From an uncultured Nitrospiraceae bacterium (GTDB taxonomy: Bacteria; Nitrospirota; Thermodesulfovibrionia; Thermodesulfovibrionales; Dissulfurispiraceae): a DNA stretch of 64,000 nucleotides. A program made the translations under genes and the position numbers. Shown piece after piece: positions 30,425 through 40,709 of this stretch. Under the pieces are notes generated by a model, which saw only the letters and a program-made list of their open reading frames with translations, had not been told where the DNA came from and searched no databases. The first letter of the stretch is position 1, and each line of letters starts with the position of its first letter. The stretch lies in NCBI GenBank assembly GCA_963727805.1, contig CAVSHF010000003.1:2208001-2272000 (forward strand). The letters run 5' to 3'.

Positions 30425-31036
30425 TTGGTAATCCTCGCACCTGATATACTTACTCGGTGGTTGGATTTCAATTGGGTAGAAATGATGCAAATAGTGCAAC
30501 CTATGATACCCGTCGCGCTCGTGTTGCTTTCTTTTCTACTTGCCTCCGTAGGTTGGGGAGGTGCTCTGCTGGCCATAGCCACCTTTTTTTGGCCTTCCAG
30601 CGTGGCAAATATCAATGAAGACCAACATGCTGTCTCAGGCATCGCAGATAGATTCTATGTTTTTTTTGAACCTGTATTTGCACTATTGATGGCGACGGGA
30701 CTTTATAATGCGTGAGTTGAAGTTGGGGACTTCACTCCCCTCTGGATGACATCATATAGAAGGATCCTTTCGATCAAGCTTGTGCTCGTCGCAGTGCTCA
30801 CCATGCGATACATAACTCCCCCGCAGCATGGAAAAGATGACGCGGGATTTGCCATGAAATTTCTCCAGCGCACAAGGATTGAGGCATTAGTAGTCCTGGG
30901 CATACTACTCTGCGTTGCCCTGTTCTCCCATGAAATTCCCGGACGCCATGCTTCTCATGCGATGCACAACACTGGGCAAACCGCGGAACCGGACCATGCC
31001 ATGGGACACCAGATGCCCTACGGGCAAGGCATGTGA
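30425..31036 (+). pseudogene. CopD-like copper-resistance membrane protein fragment with in-frame stop
   Basis: Two ORFs in the same frame joined by TGA 30713-30715: TGLYNA*VEVG...SYRRILSIKL...IEAL; His-rich tail. Confidence 0.55.
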
Positions 31037-31056
31037 AAGGGCCGAATAAGCGACTA

Positions 31057-31986
31057 CTATTGAACCTCGATCATGAAATGCGTCACAATTACTTTGCCTC
31101 GGTGCTTCACTTCGCTGAAAATCTCATACACTCCCCTAGCCGGGAAACTCGTTTGGACTTTTATTTCAGGTCCAAATGAGGAGGGAACAGACATGTCGTG
31201 CATCATGTGATGTGCATGCATCCCGGCAGCCGACATTCCTGGCACTGAGCCATGTTCATGTATGAAGTTATTCAAGTCGGTCGAAATGATCGCGACATGC
31301 ATCGTTGCTGAGACATACGGTTCAAGATCTGTAACCGGCTGCCCTTTCTCTTTAACTAGGTACGTTAGTTCTACTTCTTTCTCTGGATGAATGATCTCGG
31401 GTATAGTATTTAATGTGACATCATAATCCCCAGATTTCTTCTGTCGCGAAAAGTCTTTGGTCAGCGCTGCCATTTTCGGGTCACCGGCAACATCGATCAC
31501 GAATCGTTTCGAAAATATTTGCCCTTTGACTGCGAAATCCACGCCGATAAGATACCGGCCGGCTTTTGGAAACGTATACCGCAACGGGAATTGCGCCGCC
31601 TTCTTCATTTCCGGTGTGATAGACCCAAAATCTTCCGGGTGAATGTGCGAAAAAATAGTGAAGTCTTCGCTCACGACTATAACATGAAGAATCCGGTCAT
31701 GAGTCGGTGTAATTTCCACTGCCGGATTCCCGTCAGTATCTTGAATGGAAACTGTCATAGTCGCCATGCTCCCTGCACTGATGCTCACCGGCTCCGTTCT
31801 TAGAGCTGCGACCACACCTTCTGCTTTCACCGTGGGTACCTGTAAATCCTGAGCATGGTGGGCGTAGATCTGATTGTGTCCCATTTCGCCTACTTCAGCA
31901 ACAGCCCAGTCTTGAGTCACAAATAGAATAAACGTCCCGACAAGAATTACTGCAAATTGAAGAGCAAGTAACTTTTCCTTGGGCAT
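31057..31986 (-). CDS. Secreted His/Met-rich protein (putative heavy-metal binding)
   Basis: N-terminal hydrophobic segment; two repeats (HVIVVSEDF..FSHIHP and HVAIISTDL..FIHEH); MHAHHMMH. Confidence 0.7.
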   Translation of the reverse strand: MPKEKLLALQFAVILVGTFILFVTQDWAVAEVGEMGHNQIYAHHAQDLQVPTVKAEGVVAALRTEPVSISAGSMATMTVSIQDTDGNPAVEITPTHDRILHVIVVSEDFTIFSHIHPEDFGSITPEMKKAAQFPLRYTFPKAGRYLIGVDFAVKGQIFSKRFVIDVAGDPKMAALTKDFSRQKKSGDYDVTLNTIPEIIHPEKEVELTYLVKEKGQPVTDLEPYVSATMHVAIISTDLNNFIHEHGSVPGMSAAGMHAHHMMHDMSVPSSFGPEIKVQTSFPARGVYEIFSEVKHRGKVIVTHFMIEVQ

Positions 31987-32167
31987 GTGAGATTCTCCCC
32001 GAGAGATGCAGAATTGGCGCTTCTTCCTTATCACGCTTCTTTAATAGTATAACGCTCCCATTTGCTTTTCCGAATTCATATTCGTATTCAATGAGTTAGT
32101 GATGGATATACAGACCGAATCTTTTTTGCGCAAAACAGCCTTCTAGTGGACTGCAGAATTGTTCGTC

Positions 32168-32800
32168 TTACTGGACCAACTTATGCTGAACGGCGTAGTG
32201 GGTCAGTTCGGCGTTTGACTTCATCTCCATTTTATCGAGGAGGCTTGCCCGGTGGGTGCCGATCGTTTTTATGCTCAGCGAAAGTTCAGCGGCAATTTCC
32301 TTGGTATTTTTCCCCTTGGCGATGAGGCACAGCAGGTGGTACTCTCGGTCGGAAAGCTTATCATGTGGAGCTTTGTCGGCCCTCGGTTTAAGTTCATCAG
32401 CAAGCCTCTCGGCTAGTGCCGGTGTGATATATTTTTTCCCCTGAGCTACCCTGCGGATAGCCTCGATGAGCTCACTCTTGTCGCTCTCTTTGGTAAGATA
32501 TCCCGCCGCCCCCGCCTTCAAGACACGCACGGCATACTGATCTTCAGGATACATGCTCAAAATTAGGACCGGCAGTTTCGGTTGTTGGCTTTTTATCTGC
32601 TTCAGGATTTCAAGTCCATTTCTGCCTGGCAGAGAGATGTCCAGTATTACTACATCGAAGTTGTTCGCCCATATCTTTTCGAGCGCTTCTTGACCGGTGC
32701 TTGCCTCGCCCGCTACCTCGATATCGGGAGTTCTTGAAAGTATCTGCTTCATTCCCTTTCGGACAATACCATGATCGTCAGCAATAAACACCCTAATCAT
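32168..32800 (-). CDS. NarL/UvrY-family response regulator
   Basis: IADDH, LDISLP, GYLTK and LuxR HTH LSDRE...IAAELSLSIKT. Confidence 0.93.
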   Translation of the reverse strand: MIRVFIADDHGIVRKGMKQILSRTPDIEVAGEASTGQEALEKIWANNFDVVILDISLPGRNGLEILKQIKSQQPKLPVLILSMYPEDQYAVRVLKAGAAGYLTKESDKSELIEAIRRVAQGKKYITPALAERLADELKPRADKAPHDKLSDREYHLLCLIAKGKNTKEIAAELSLSIKTIGTHRASLLDKMEMKSNAELTHYAVQHKLVQ

Positions 32801-33081
32801 GCAAACCCCTTAACCAAACAAACTCATATAATAATTCCGGTGACTACGAAGGGACCTCTTGATAAAAGCGGCCCATCCCTATAGTACGAATCATGCGCTT
32901 TCCCCATAAGTCGAAGACACCCGTCCCCTATGCACTTACAAGTATATGTTTCCGATCTTAGGTAGTATACTCTTTTTCTTCCCTGCTTTTAAACCAACCT
33001 TTAATTGCTTATTCTAGGTTTGATAATACTCTTTCTGGTAGTGGATCCCAGGGGGCGTTGAAAGGAGCGATGCTTTAATCA

Positions 33082-34137
33082 TCAGACAATGCTTGCTAGC
33101 AGTCCGTCCAAATCAAACTCCCTGTCGACCAGCTCTTTTGCTCGTAATACCTTTCCCTTTTCCCTTATGCTGATCCTCTTCAGTGCTGATTCGATCTTGT
33201 CGACCGTGGTGAATGTGTCTTCTGTAACCGAGATGATGGGTATCCCCCTCGAAATCGCCTGGCCGAGAATCATGTCGCTCGTCCTTAGACCGCCAGTGAG
33301 GATAATACACTTCGTCGACGTCTCGAGGGCGGCAAGCTGAATGTCTGTCCGGTGCGCCCCTGTGATTACTGCCTTATTGGGAATCCTGTTGAAATGTTTA
33401 ATGGCGCTGTCGGCATCCATCGCCCCGATAAGGAAGTTTTCGACGAACTCTTCAAGCCCCCGCTCGCAGCAGAGGATTTCGCCATTCAAAACCTCCAGAA
33501 GATTGCCGACTGTTATTGATTCGAGGAGCTTATCCTTTGGGAATACACCAAACACCTTGACCCCCTTCGTTTCGAGAAAGGGTTTAATCGTCTCTTTCAC
33601 ATACTGGAGAAGAGATTCGGGGACCTTGTTGATAATCCCGCCGAGGCACCTTGTGCCAAGCAGCCTCGCGGTGCCTAACAGGGTATCCATGGTGACCATT
33701 CCCCTCCATTGATCAACAATCAGGGCCTTTGCGTTCATTTCGTCGAGGAGATCGAGGATTCCGATATCGCTAGTCGTGCCATCGAAGATGTCGATGCCGC
33801 CCCCTAATAAAATGAAATCCTTATTCATAAGAGTCTGATAGGCAGTGAGTATCCGTTTCCTCGCATCCACCGGTCTGCCTCCGAGAAGGGCATTCCAAGT
33901 CCTAGTGTTGAAAACGAACGGAGATACGATTTCATGGGGCTCTTTCAGGTCGACAACATCGTTTATGAAAATAGAGTCATCATCGTATAAGTCGTTGTCC
34001 TTGCTTTCCGGAAGCCTCCCGGAAGGTTTCAGATAACCTACTGTATACCCCTTTTCCTTGAGCTTGAGCGCGAGTCCCAGGGTGATCACGGTCTTGCCCG
34101 AAGAGGGTGCATTCGAAGCCAAATAAAACGATGTCAT
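33082..34137 (-). CDS. Phosphotransacetylase N-terminal-like protein (AAA_26 + DRTGG)
   Basis: SGKT, GYLKP, IGAM, ITGAHRTDIQLAALE, LTGG. Confidence 0.82.
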   Translation of the reverse strand: MTSFYLASNAPSSGKTVITLGLALKLKEKGYTVGYLKPSGRLPESKDNDLYDDDSIFINDVVDLKEPHEIVSPFVFNTRTWNALLGGRPVDARKRILTAYQTLMNKDFILLGGGIDIFDGTTSDIGILDLLDEMNAKALIVDQWRGMVTMDTLLGTARLLGTRCLGGIINKVPESLLQYVKETIKPFLETKGVKVFGVFPKDKLLESITVGNLLEVLNGEILCCERGLEEFVENFLIGAMDADSAIKHFNRIPNKAVITGAHRTDIQLAALETSTKCIILTGGLRTSDMILGQAISRGIPIISVTEDTFTTVDKIESALKRISIREKGKVLRAKELVDREFDLDGLLASIV

Positions 34138-34256
34138 TGGGACCCCCTTATTATGCTGTCAGTATAGTCCGGCCAAAAAAAAGACTCACCGTAAAGGCTC
34201 TTCTTCTGTTCCCCTTATGGCTGCCCTTTCTTGGCCTGGACATTTTCTAGGCCCGA

Positions 34257-35027
34257 TTAATCCACTTGATTGATCGCGTAGACTACGGGGTCTTTTATGC
34301 CAGCCTCCTCAAACCCCTTTTCCCTGAATAAACAACTATCACATCTACCGCAAGCGACATAAGTACTGACTTGAGTGCTTCCGGCTTCCCGATCTTCCGA
34401 TGTAGATATCTGCGGATCATAACAGCTCCAAGTTAAGGAATAATCGAGCCCCAGAACCCTTCCTTTCTCTATTATCTGCGACTTAGTCAGAGAGAGCAAG
34501 GGGGCGTGGATTGAAAATTTTATTTTGCCTTCGACCGAAACCTTAGTAGCCAGGTTCGCCATTGTCTCGAAGGCCTTCAGATATTCGGGCCGGCAGTCAG
34601 GATAGCCACTATAATCAATAGCATTAGCCCCGATGAAAATATCGGGTGCTTCGAGCACCTCCGCCCAAGCGAGGGCAAAAGACAGGAATATCGTATTTCG
34701 AGCAGGGACGTACGTGACCGGAATAATATCCGGGCTTTTGGATACTGACGGTTGTCTCTTTGCATTTAACTCCCAGGTTTTATTTTTAGGCACCTCAATT
34801 TCATCGGTAAGTGCAGAACCGCCGATGTCCCTCATATTAAACCGCGTCACTAGATGTTTCCTAGCGCCAAGGGCCTTTGCAACCTTCACAGCAGAATTGA
34901 GCTCGATGGCATGTCGTTGCCCGTAGTCGAAGCTGAGCGCATAAACCTCGTATCCGTCAGCCCTAGCGATAGCGTGCGTTGTGGAAGAATCCACGCCTCC
35001 GCTCAAAAGAACCACCGCCCTCTTCAT
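34257..35027 (-). CDS. queC: 7-cyano-7-deazaguanine synthase
   Basis: [34 protein letters not shown]. Confidence 0.96.
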   Translation of the reverse strand: MKRAVVLLSGGVDSSTTHAIARADGYEVYALSFDYGQRHAIELNSAVKVAKALGARKHLVTRFNMRDIGGSALTDEIEVPKNKTWELNAKRQPSVSKSPDIIPVTYVPARNTIFLSFALAWAEVLEAPDIFIGANAIDYSGYPDCRPEYLKAFETMANLATKVSVEGKIKFSIHAPLLSLTKSQIIEKGRVLGLDYSLTWSCYDPQISTSEDREAGSTQVSTYVACGRCDSCLFREKGFEEAGIKDPVVYAINQVD

Positions 35028-35668
35028 CGCCTTTTCCTCGTAAACTTGCTCTCAGATCCGGTGATGAGCCGTTGAATATTGGCCCGATGACTTATGAAAA
35101 TTAAAATGGCGATGATGCAGGCAACAACAATCTTTTCGGCTGAATTATCGATCATTGAGATGCAAAACGGGAATGCTCCAAAGGCAACGAGGGCGCTCAA
35201 CGAGGAATACCCTGAATATCTGAAGGTCAAAAGCCAAATGGTCGCTGCTAGAAGTGCTGCGTGAGGTGAAAGGGCAAGCGCGACCCCGAGACTTGTCGCA
35301 ACACCTTTGCCGCCTTTGAACTTGAGAAATATCGAAAAGTCGTGCCCTAGAATAGCGGCCAATCCGATGGCCCCTTCAAAAGCAGTGTGTGTATTAGAAA
35401 TCTGAAAGGGCATCGAGGCCAGCGCGCTAAACTGGATGCCGGTGTCGGGGAAAAAGTATCGTGCCGCAAGGACCGGCATGAAGCCCTTTGCCATATCACC
35501 TACAAGCGTCATTAAAGCCGCCTCTTTCCCCATCGCCCTCAATACATTTGTGGCGCCGATGTTGCCGCTTCCGACCTTTCTCAGGTCAATACCTTTTGTC
35601 GCTGCGAGCACGAGTCCAGTAGGGATAGATCCAATGATAAAAGCCCCTATAAGAAGCACGAAGATCAT
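35024..35668 (-). CDS. plsY: Glycerol-3-phosphate acyltransferase
   Basis: [33 protein letters not shown]. Confidence 0.95.
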   Translation of the reverse strand: MIFVLLIGAFIIGSIPTGLVLAATKGIDLRKVGSGNIGATNVLRAMGKEAALMTLVGDMAKGFMPVLAARYFFPDTGIQFSALASMPFQISNTHTAFEGAIGLAAILGHDFSIFLKFKGGKGVATSLGVALALSPHAALLAATIWLLTFRYSGYSSLSALVAFGAFPFCISMIDNSAEKIVVACIIAILIFISHRANIQRLITGSESKFTRKRR

Positions 35669-36201
35669 CGAAAATGTCTCCAGAATGCGATCGTATATTT
35701 GACTCCCGATACAATGGCGAGAACCAGCGCCACATACATAAGTACTAGTCCGATGTCATACAAATCGATAAACCCGAGACTGAAAGGCAGGAGAAGCAGA
35801 ACGATAGAGGTCATCTGCGCTGCAGTCTTCCACTTCCCCCCTGCTTCAGAAGGGATGATGATGTCCATCGAAAGGGCCACAACCCTGAGTGCTGTTACCA
35901 TGAACTCCCTTACGATGATGATGATAGCGATCCATGCCGAGATCCTGACCATATCGACAAGCAAGATGAGGGCTGAAATAACAAGTATTTTGTCTGCGAT
36001 AGGATCGAGAATGATGCCGAACTTCGTTATCTGGCCGGACCTCCTCGCTAGATATCCATCGAGAAAATCAGTCAGCGACGCAACAAGAAAGATCGTCACG
36101 CCGAGAATCGGGCTCGTGGGAGTAATGAGCACGAAGAATGGTATGAGTATGATCCGGCTGAAGGTAAGGATCGTGGGAAGGTTAAGCCTTATGGTACTCA
36201 T
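35665..36201 (-). CDS. pgsA: CDP-diacylglycerol--glycerol-3-phosphate 3-phosphatidyltransferase
   Basis: NLP.ILTFSRI, TDFLDGYLAR...FGIILDPIADK, GKWKT. Confidence 0.93.
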   Translation of the reverse strand: MSTIRLNLPTILTFSRIILIPFFVLITPTSPILGVTIFLVASLTDFLDGYLARRSGQITKFGIILDPIADKILVISALILLVDMVRISAWIAIIIIVREFMVTALRVVALSMDIIIPSEAGGKWKTAAQMTSIVLLLLPFSLGFIDLYDIGLVLMYVALVLAIVSGVKYTIAFWRHFR

Positions 36202-36727
36202 CGATAAACTCTTCCCATCTGACTGCCACCTTCAGCAGCAAATCCGTCACTTCTCTGACTGCCCCTCTGCCACCGCGATTTACCGTGATCATAAGGGCAT
36301 ATTTCTTCGCCTCTTCAGCGGCATCGGCAACAACAACCGCAAGGCCGACCCTCTTCAAAAGCGGGATATCGACAACATCATCACCGACGTATGCCACTTC
36401 GTTGTCCGACAGATCGAATTTTTCGAGCAGCTGCTCATAGGCGACCGATTTGGCGTGGCAGCGCTGAAAAACATCTTTAATCCCGAGTTCGAGTGCCCGC
36501 CTGTCAACAATCCTAGAGAAGCGACCTGTGATGATGGCGATGTGGAACCCGGCCTTGCCCAGCATCCTGATCCCATGACCGTCCCTTACATGGAAGGCTT
36601 TGAATTCATTGCCCTCGTTGTCGAGGATAATGCTCCCATCGGTAAGTACTCCATCGACATCGAGAATAAGCAGCTTAATCTTTTTTGCAGCGGCGACTAT
36701 CTTCCGCCGATTACATTGCTTTTCCAT
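36182..36727 (-). CDS. kdsC: KDO-8-phosphate phosphatase
   Basis: DVDGVLTDG, FHVRDG, ITGR, YVGDD, GGRGAVRE. Confidence 0.93.
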   Translation of the reverse strand: MEKQCNRRKIVAAAKKIKLLILDVDGVLTDGSIILDNEGNEFKAFHVRDGHGIRMLGKAGFHIAIITGRFSRIVDRRALELGIKDVFQRCHAKSVAYEQLLEKFDLSDNEVAYVGDDVVDIPLLKRVGLAVVVADAAEEAKKYALMITVNRGGRGAVREVTDLLLKVAVRWEEFIDEYHKA

Positions 36728-36736
36728 TCCTCGTGT

Positions 36737-37723
36737 TTAAACGATCCCTTCCTTCAATATATCGTGCAAATGTATGATTCCAACAGCCTTGCCCTCGTGA
36801 TCGGGGACCACAAGTGACGTAATAGAATAAGTTTCCATCACAGAGAGCGCCTTCGCGGCAAGCTCGTCCTGGGATATGGCTTTTGGATTCGTGGTCATCA
36901 CCTCTTCAGCCTTCATATCAAAGAAGTCCTTTCCCCATTTCTGAATACCGCGCCGGACATCTCCGTCTGTCACGATACCGAGCAATTTTCTGTCATCACC
37001 CGCGACGATAGCAATGCCGAGCCTTTTTGACGAAATCTCCATTACCGCATTCATAACCGGCGTCGACGGGTCAATCACTGGCAACGCATCTCCCTTGTGC
37101 ATGAGGTCCCTAACCCTGATAAACAGCTTTTTGCCGAGACTGCCGGATGGATGGAAAGAGGCGAAGTCTTCCTGCCTGAATCCCCTTTTGACGAGCAAGG
37201 CAACGGCTATGGCGTCTCCCATCGCAAGAGTCGCTGTTGTGGATGCCGTCGGTGTAATCCCCATGGGGCAAGCCTCCTCCTTGACAGAAATATCAAGGCT
37301 GACATCAGCAGCACGGGCAAGGGTCGAATTCGGATTGCCGGTCATAGAAATAACAGTGACATTGAACCTCTTGAGAAAGGGGATCAGATCTGTGATTTCA
37401 TCCGTCTCCCCACTGTTTGATATTGCAAGGATAACGTCTCGGGTGGTGACCATGCCGAGGTCTCCGTGGCTCGCCTCGGCGGGATGGAGGAAGAAGGCAG
37501 GGGTCCCTGTCGACGCGAGAGTCGCGGCGATTTTCTTTCCAACTAGTCCCGACTTCCCCATTCCAGTTACAACTAACCGGCCCCTGGCTTCGTAGATAAT
37601 GTCAATAGCTTTTTCGAAACTGCCGTCTAGCTTGTCGATAAGAGCACGGACCGCGTCGGCCTCAGTCTGAAGCACTCTTTTAGCAATACTGAGAGCATCC
37701 ATTTTGCAATCGTCCATAGTCAT
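36737..37723 (-). CDS. kdsD: Arabinose-5-phosphate isomerase (SIS + CBS)
   Basis: GMGKSG, HPAEASHGDLG, SNSGET, FHPSGSLGK, CBS pair. Confidence 0.93.
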   Translation of the reverse strand: MTMDDCKMDALSIAKRVLQTEADAVRALIDKLDGSFEKAIDIIYEARGRLVVTGMGKSGLVGKKIAATLASTGTPAFFLHPAEASHGDLGMVTTRDVILAISNSGETDEITDLIPFLKRFNVTVISMTGNPNSTLARAADVSLDISVKEEACPMGITPTASTTATLAMGDAIAVALLVKRGFRQEDFASFHPSGSLGKKLFIRVRDLMHKGDALPVIDPSTPVMNAVMEISSKRLGIAIVAGDDRKLLGIVTDGDVRRGIQKWGKDFFDMKAEEVMTTNPKAISQDELAAKALSVMETYSITSLVVPDHEGKAVGIIHLHDILKEGIV

Positions 37724-37802
37724 AAGGAGCCATTTACATTATTTGTGTTAGGTGATTAATTGTATCATAATCTGATATTTTCGGTGGGGCTTCGAAATGT
37801 CC

Positions 37803-37832
37803 TTGCCTGAAGAAGATACTGTTTGATATAAT
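37803..37832 (+). promoter_or_regulatory. Sigma-70 promoter of tRNA-Met
   Basis: TTGCCT-N18-TATAAT with extended TG. Confidence 0.55.
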
Positions 37833-37848
37833 GTTAATTCGCCTATAA

Positions 37849-37924
37849 GGCGGCGTAGCTCAGTTGGTAGAGCATGCGACTCATATTCGCAGAGTCCGGG
37901 GTTCGAATCCCTGCGCCGCCACCA
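37849..37924 (+). tRNA. tRNA-Met (CAT), elongator type
   Basis: 76 nt; acceptor GGCGGCG/CGCCGCC, anticodon stem TGCGA/TCGCA with loop CTCATAT, GTTCGAATC T-arm, encoded CCA; G1-C72 and no GGG/CCC initiator stem. Confidence 0.93.
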
Positions 37925-37970
37925 TTTTTGTTGTAACTCCTACTCCTACACATCAAATATGGTATAACCA

Positions 37971-38140
37971 GAGTATGGACGGTTGTTAACCGTTCATAAG
38001 GGGCAGGAGGACGTGGTTTCCTACAGGGTCAAGAATCCTTTACTAAGTCAGTCCCCTGTCTCCCAAAGCCATGATAAGTTGATAGGGCTACGAGCTCTTG
38101 TAAAGATGGAGATATGGTTGGGAGGCATTCCTGCCTAAGG
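37971..38140 (+). ncRNA. Putative bridge RNA of the IS110 element
   Basis: 5' hairpin ATGGACGGTT/AACCGTTCAT, closing stem GGCAGGA/TCCTGCC, two internal loops with TCCTAC/TAAGT (target) and AGTTGA/GGAG (donor). Confidence 0.65.
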
Positions 38141-38163
38141 TCCTATGCGGGAGGTGGTTGGAA

Positions 38164-39360
38164 ATGAGCAAAGCATTCGTTGGCATCGATGTGTCAAAAG
38201 AGCACTCGACTGCCCAAAGCATCGACAGTGACGAAAAGAAGCTTTTTTATTTAAGGTTCTCAATGGACTCAGCGGGGTTCGCAGAGCTTCGGACTGCTAT
38301 TAAAGGATGCGGGGTGAACCCGGAGGATATTGCAGTGGCGATGGAGTCCACCGGCTGTTATCATATCAATCTCTTTTCCTTTCTATGTGCGGAGGGACTT
38401 CGTTGTGCGGTAGTAAATCCGCTTCTGATATCCAAATTTGTTCAGGGATCATTGAGAAAGACCAAGACAGATAAGAAGGATGCGATGACCATAGCGCAGT
38501 TTCTTCTGAACAATGAGAAGAAGCTGTGCGTGGTAACGTCATCCCAAGATGCGCAGGATCTGAGGGATCTGGCCAGGGAACGAGAGTCTCAGTCATGGAT
38601 GATTGCATCACTTAAGAATGACCTCAAACGGCTGCTGCAGAGCACCTTCCCCGAGCTTGAGACACTCCGCAAGAATATTTACACTGAGACGATGCTGAAC
38701 TTTGTTCGACAGTATCCATCGGCCAGATTAATCCGGGAGGCAAAGAGGAAAGATATCGACAAAGCACTCATCTGCCCCGGGGAGAAGCGCAAAAGAGTCC
38801 AGATTAGCGCCGACGATCTTATTGAGGCGGCAAAGCGTTCGGTGGGCTCAGCTGGTACAGCGAAGGAGCTTATCGTCTCTGAGAAGGCAACCACGATCCT
38901 GTATCTTCAGGAAAAGTGTGAGAAGATTACCGAGGCATTGGTGGATGCGTGTGAGGCAACACGGATCGAAGATCTTGAGATAATGAAGACGCTCGACGGG
39001 GTGAAAAACATCCTTGGCAGCAGCTTTCTAGCGGAGATGGGAGAGTTGTCCAACTTTAAATCATATAAGAGCTTGATAGCATACATGGGGTTCGATCCAT
39101 CGACTCATCAATCGGGGAAGCATGTGGGGCCAAGCAAAATATCCAAACGAGGGAATCGTCATATGAGGCGCATCACCCATATAATGACACTCGGTTCAAT
39201 AAAATCTGACAATATATTCAGAGAATATTATCTCAGAAGGATAGCCGAAGGATTGCCTAAGATGAAGGCATTAATGGCGACTTCTCACAAGCTAATAAGA
39301 GTGATCTTCTCTATGCTTACACATAGGATGCCGTTTAAAAAGGAGGTGGCTGCTGTATAG
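38164..39360 (+). CDS. IS110-family transposase (DEDD recombinase)
   Basis: GIDVSK, AMESTG, KTDKKDA, GFDPSTHQSG, SKRGN. Confidence 0.95.
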   Translation: MSKAFVGIDVSKEHSTAQSIDSDEKKLFYLRFSMDSAGFAELRTAIKGCGVNPEDIAVAMESTGCYHINLFSFLCAEGLRCAVVNPLLISKFVQGSLRKTKTDKKDAMTIAQFLLNNEKKLCVVTSSQDAQDLRDLARERESQSWMIASLKNDLKRLLQSTFPELETLRKNIYTETMLNFVRQYPSARLIREAKRKDIDKALICPGEKRKRVQISADDLIEAAKRSVGSAGTAKELIVSEKATTILYLQEKCEKITEALVDACEATRIEDLEIMKTLDGVKNILGSSFLAEMGELSNFKSYKSLIAYMGFDPSTHQSGKHVGPSKISKRGNRHMRRITHIMTLGSIKSDNIFREYYLRRIAEGLPKMKALMATSHKLIRVIFSMLTHRMPFKKEVAAV

Positions 39361-39405
39361 TTGACTTATTATCAACACCGCAGAGGCACGGCTTATTATT
39401 CAAGG

Positions 39406-40043
39406 GTCGAGTAGGCCGGTGGAATCGCACCACCAGCCCCTCACAGATTCCGTACGTGAACCTCTCGATTCATACGGCTCGTGTCAATCATCAAGTTGAG
39501 TCTTTGCAGTCTCAACCATACACATTGAGCGATAGTTCCTCCTGGTCACCCAGTTGACTGGTACTCTTTGTGGATTGACCCATCCCCTTCCCTCCACGGC
39601 TTATTATCACCGCTTCATCGGTACTATTGGACGGTCCGACCCCTTCACCTGCATCGATACTTTCCCCCTTCGTTTGCACTTATAGGGTTTTCTCTTAGCA
39701 TCAGATGAAGAGTTCCCGCGTTCCACACAGGAGCCTAGATCAGCTTCATGCCGCCTCTATGCCGGACGCCGTTCAGGCAGTAAACAGGTATCTCCTGAAC
39801 TAATCCTGATGCAAAGTAAGAACATCAGTTTTGACGTCGTCCTTTTCCTTTCGACACCTCATCAGCGGTTCGCTTACGCTCATCTCTCTGATCCATCCCT
39901 GACACGATCTAGTCGTGCCTTTTCCTTTAACGCTCACCACCGGAGCCTTTCGACTACAGCAGCTTAAGGTGGGTTGAAGCCTGCTCCTGCAAGCCGGCTT
40001 CGAGGGGCCAACCCTCATCTTCCTGTGCAGCCTCGTGGCGCAC
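39406..40043 (-). ncRNA. ORF-less group II intron (IIB-like), 638 nt
   Basis: 5' GTGCG at 40043; domain V GAGCCGTATGAATCGAGAGGTTCACGTACGGAATC (39446-39480); DVI ending AC at 39406; EBS1 UUACUUU complementary to the 5' exon end AAAGUAA. Confidence 0.88.
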
Positions 40044-40100
40044 TTACTTTCGGAAGTCTAGACTGACGCTTTTCTCCGGGAATCTTGTCTGCACCTGATA

Positions 40101-40709
40101 ACATCCATTGAGAGCGACCGTGTCAAGAGAAAAAAGTATGCCGACAGTCTTTTATTCCTAAGACCGTATATCATTAGAAGTCCTTTGACATGAATAATCT
40201 GTCTCGTCTTTCTGAAAACGATGCAGAACCATTATCTGCATCAAACATCCATACGGGCTCTGTGGGATTACTCCCTTGCAGGGCAATGAAGCTTGCTCTG
40301 CGGCACCAGAAAGTTATCGGTTCCTGACCAGCCTCATTCAGCAAATGCAGTCGATGTCTGCACAGGGCAGCATCAGTTATCGTGGAGCTACCGGCCAGGG
40401 CAGACATCCATTGAGAGCGACCGTGTCAAGAGAAAAAAGTATGCCGACAGTCTTTTATTCCTAAGACCGTATATCATTAGAAGTCCTTTGACATGAATAA
40501 TCTGTCTCGTCTTTCTGAAAACGATGCAGAACCATTATCTGCATCAAACATCCATACGGGCTCTGTGGGATTACTCCCTTGCAGGGCAATGAAGCTTGCT
40601 CTGCGGCACCAGAAAGTTATCGGTTCCTGACCAGCCTCATTCAGCAAATGCAGTCGATGTCTGCACAGGGCAGCATCAGTTATCGTGGAGCTACCGGCCA
40701 GGGCAGACA
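40101..40709. repeat. Direct tandem duplication, period 303 bp
   Basis: 40101-40406 repeats as 40404-40709 with no differences noticed by eye; ACA microhomology at the junctions. Confidence 0.95.

Larger units (their letters stand above)
37942..39366 (+). mobile_element. IS110-group element (long 5' non-coding end)
   Basis: ACT core at both ends; the circle junction forms TTGACT-N18-TATAAC; the guides match the flanks. Confidence 0.75.

Noticed and set aside
30713..30715. In-frame TGA in the CopD-like gene as Sec or recoded Trp
   Set aside because: The position corresponds to Trp, the gene is otherwise fragmentary, and TGA is a normal stop in many genes here; a TGG-to-TGA nonsense change is simpler.
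35699..36817. 372-aa plus-strand ORF and many similar overlapping ORFs
   Set aside because: Antisense shadows of well-supported genes (pgsA, kdsC and others) with no motifs.
37849..37924. tRNA as initiator fMet or Ile2
   Set aside because: The G1-C72 pair and lack of three G-C anticodon-stem pairs exclude the initiator; the GGC acceptor start favours elongator Met, though Ile2 is not formally excluded.
40101..40709. Tandem repeat as a CRISPR array
   Set aside because: Two 303-bp units without spacers; no cas genes and no short-repeat array seen anywhere in the window.
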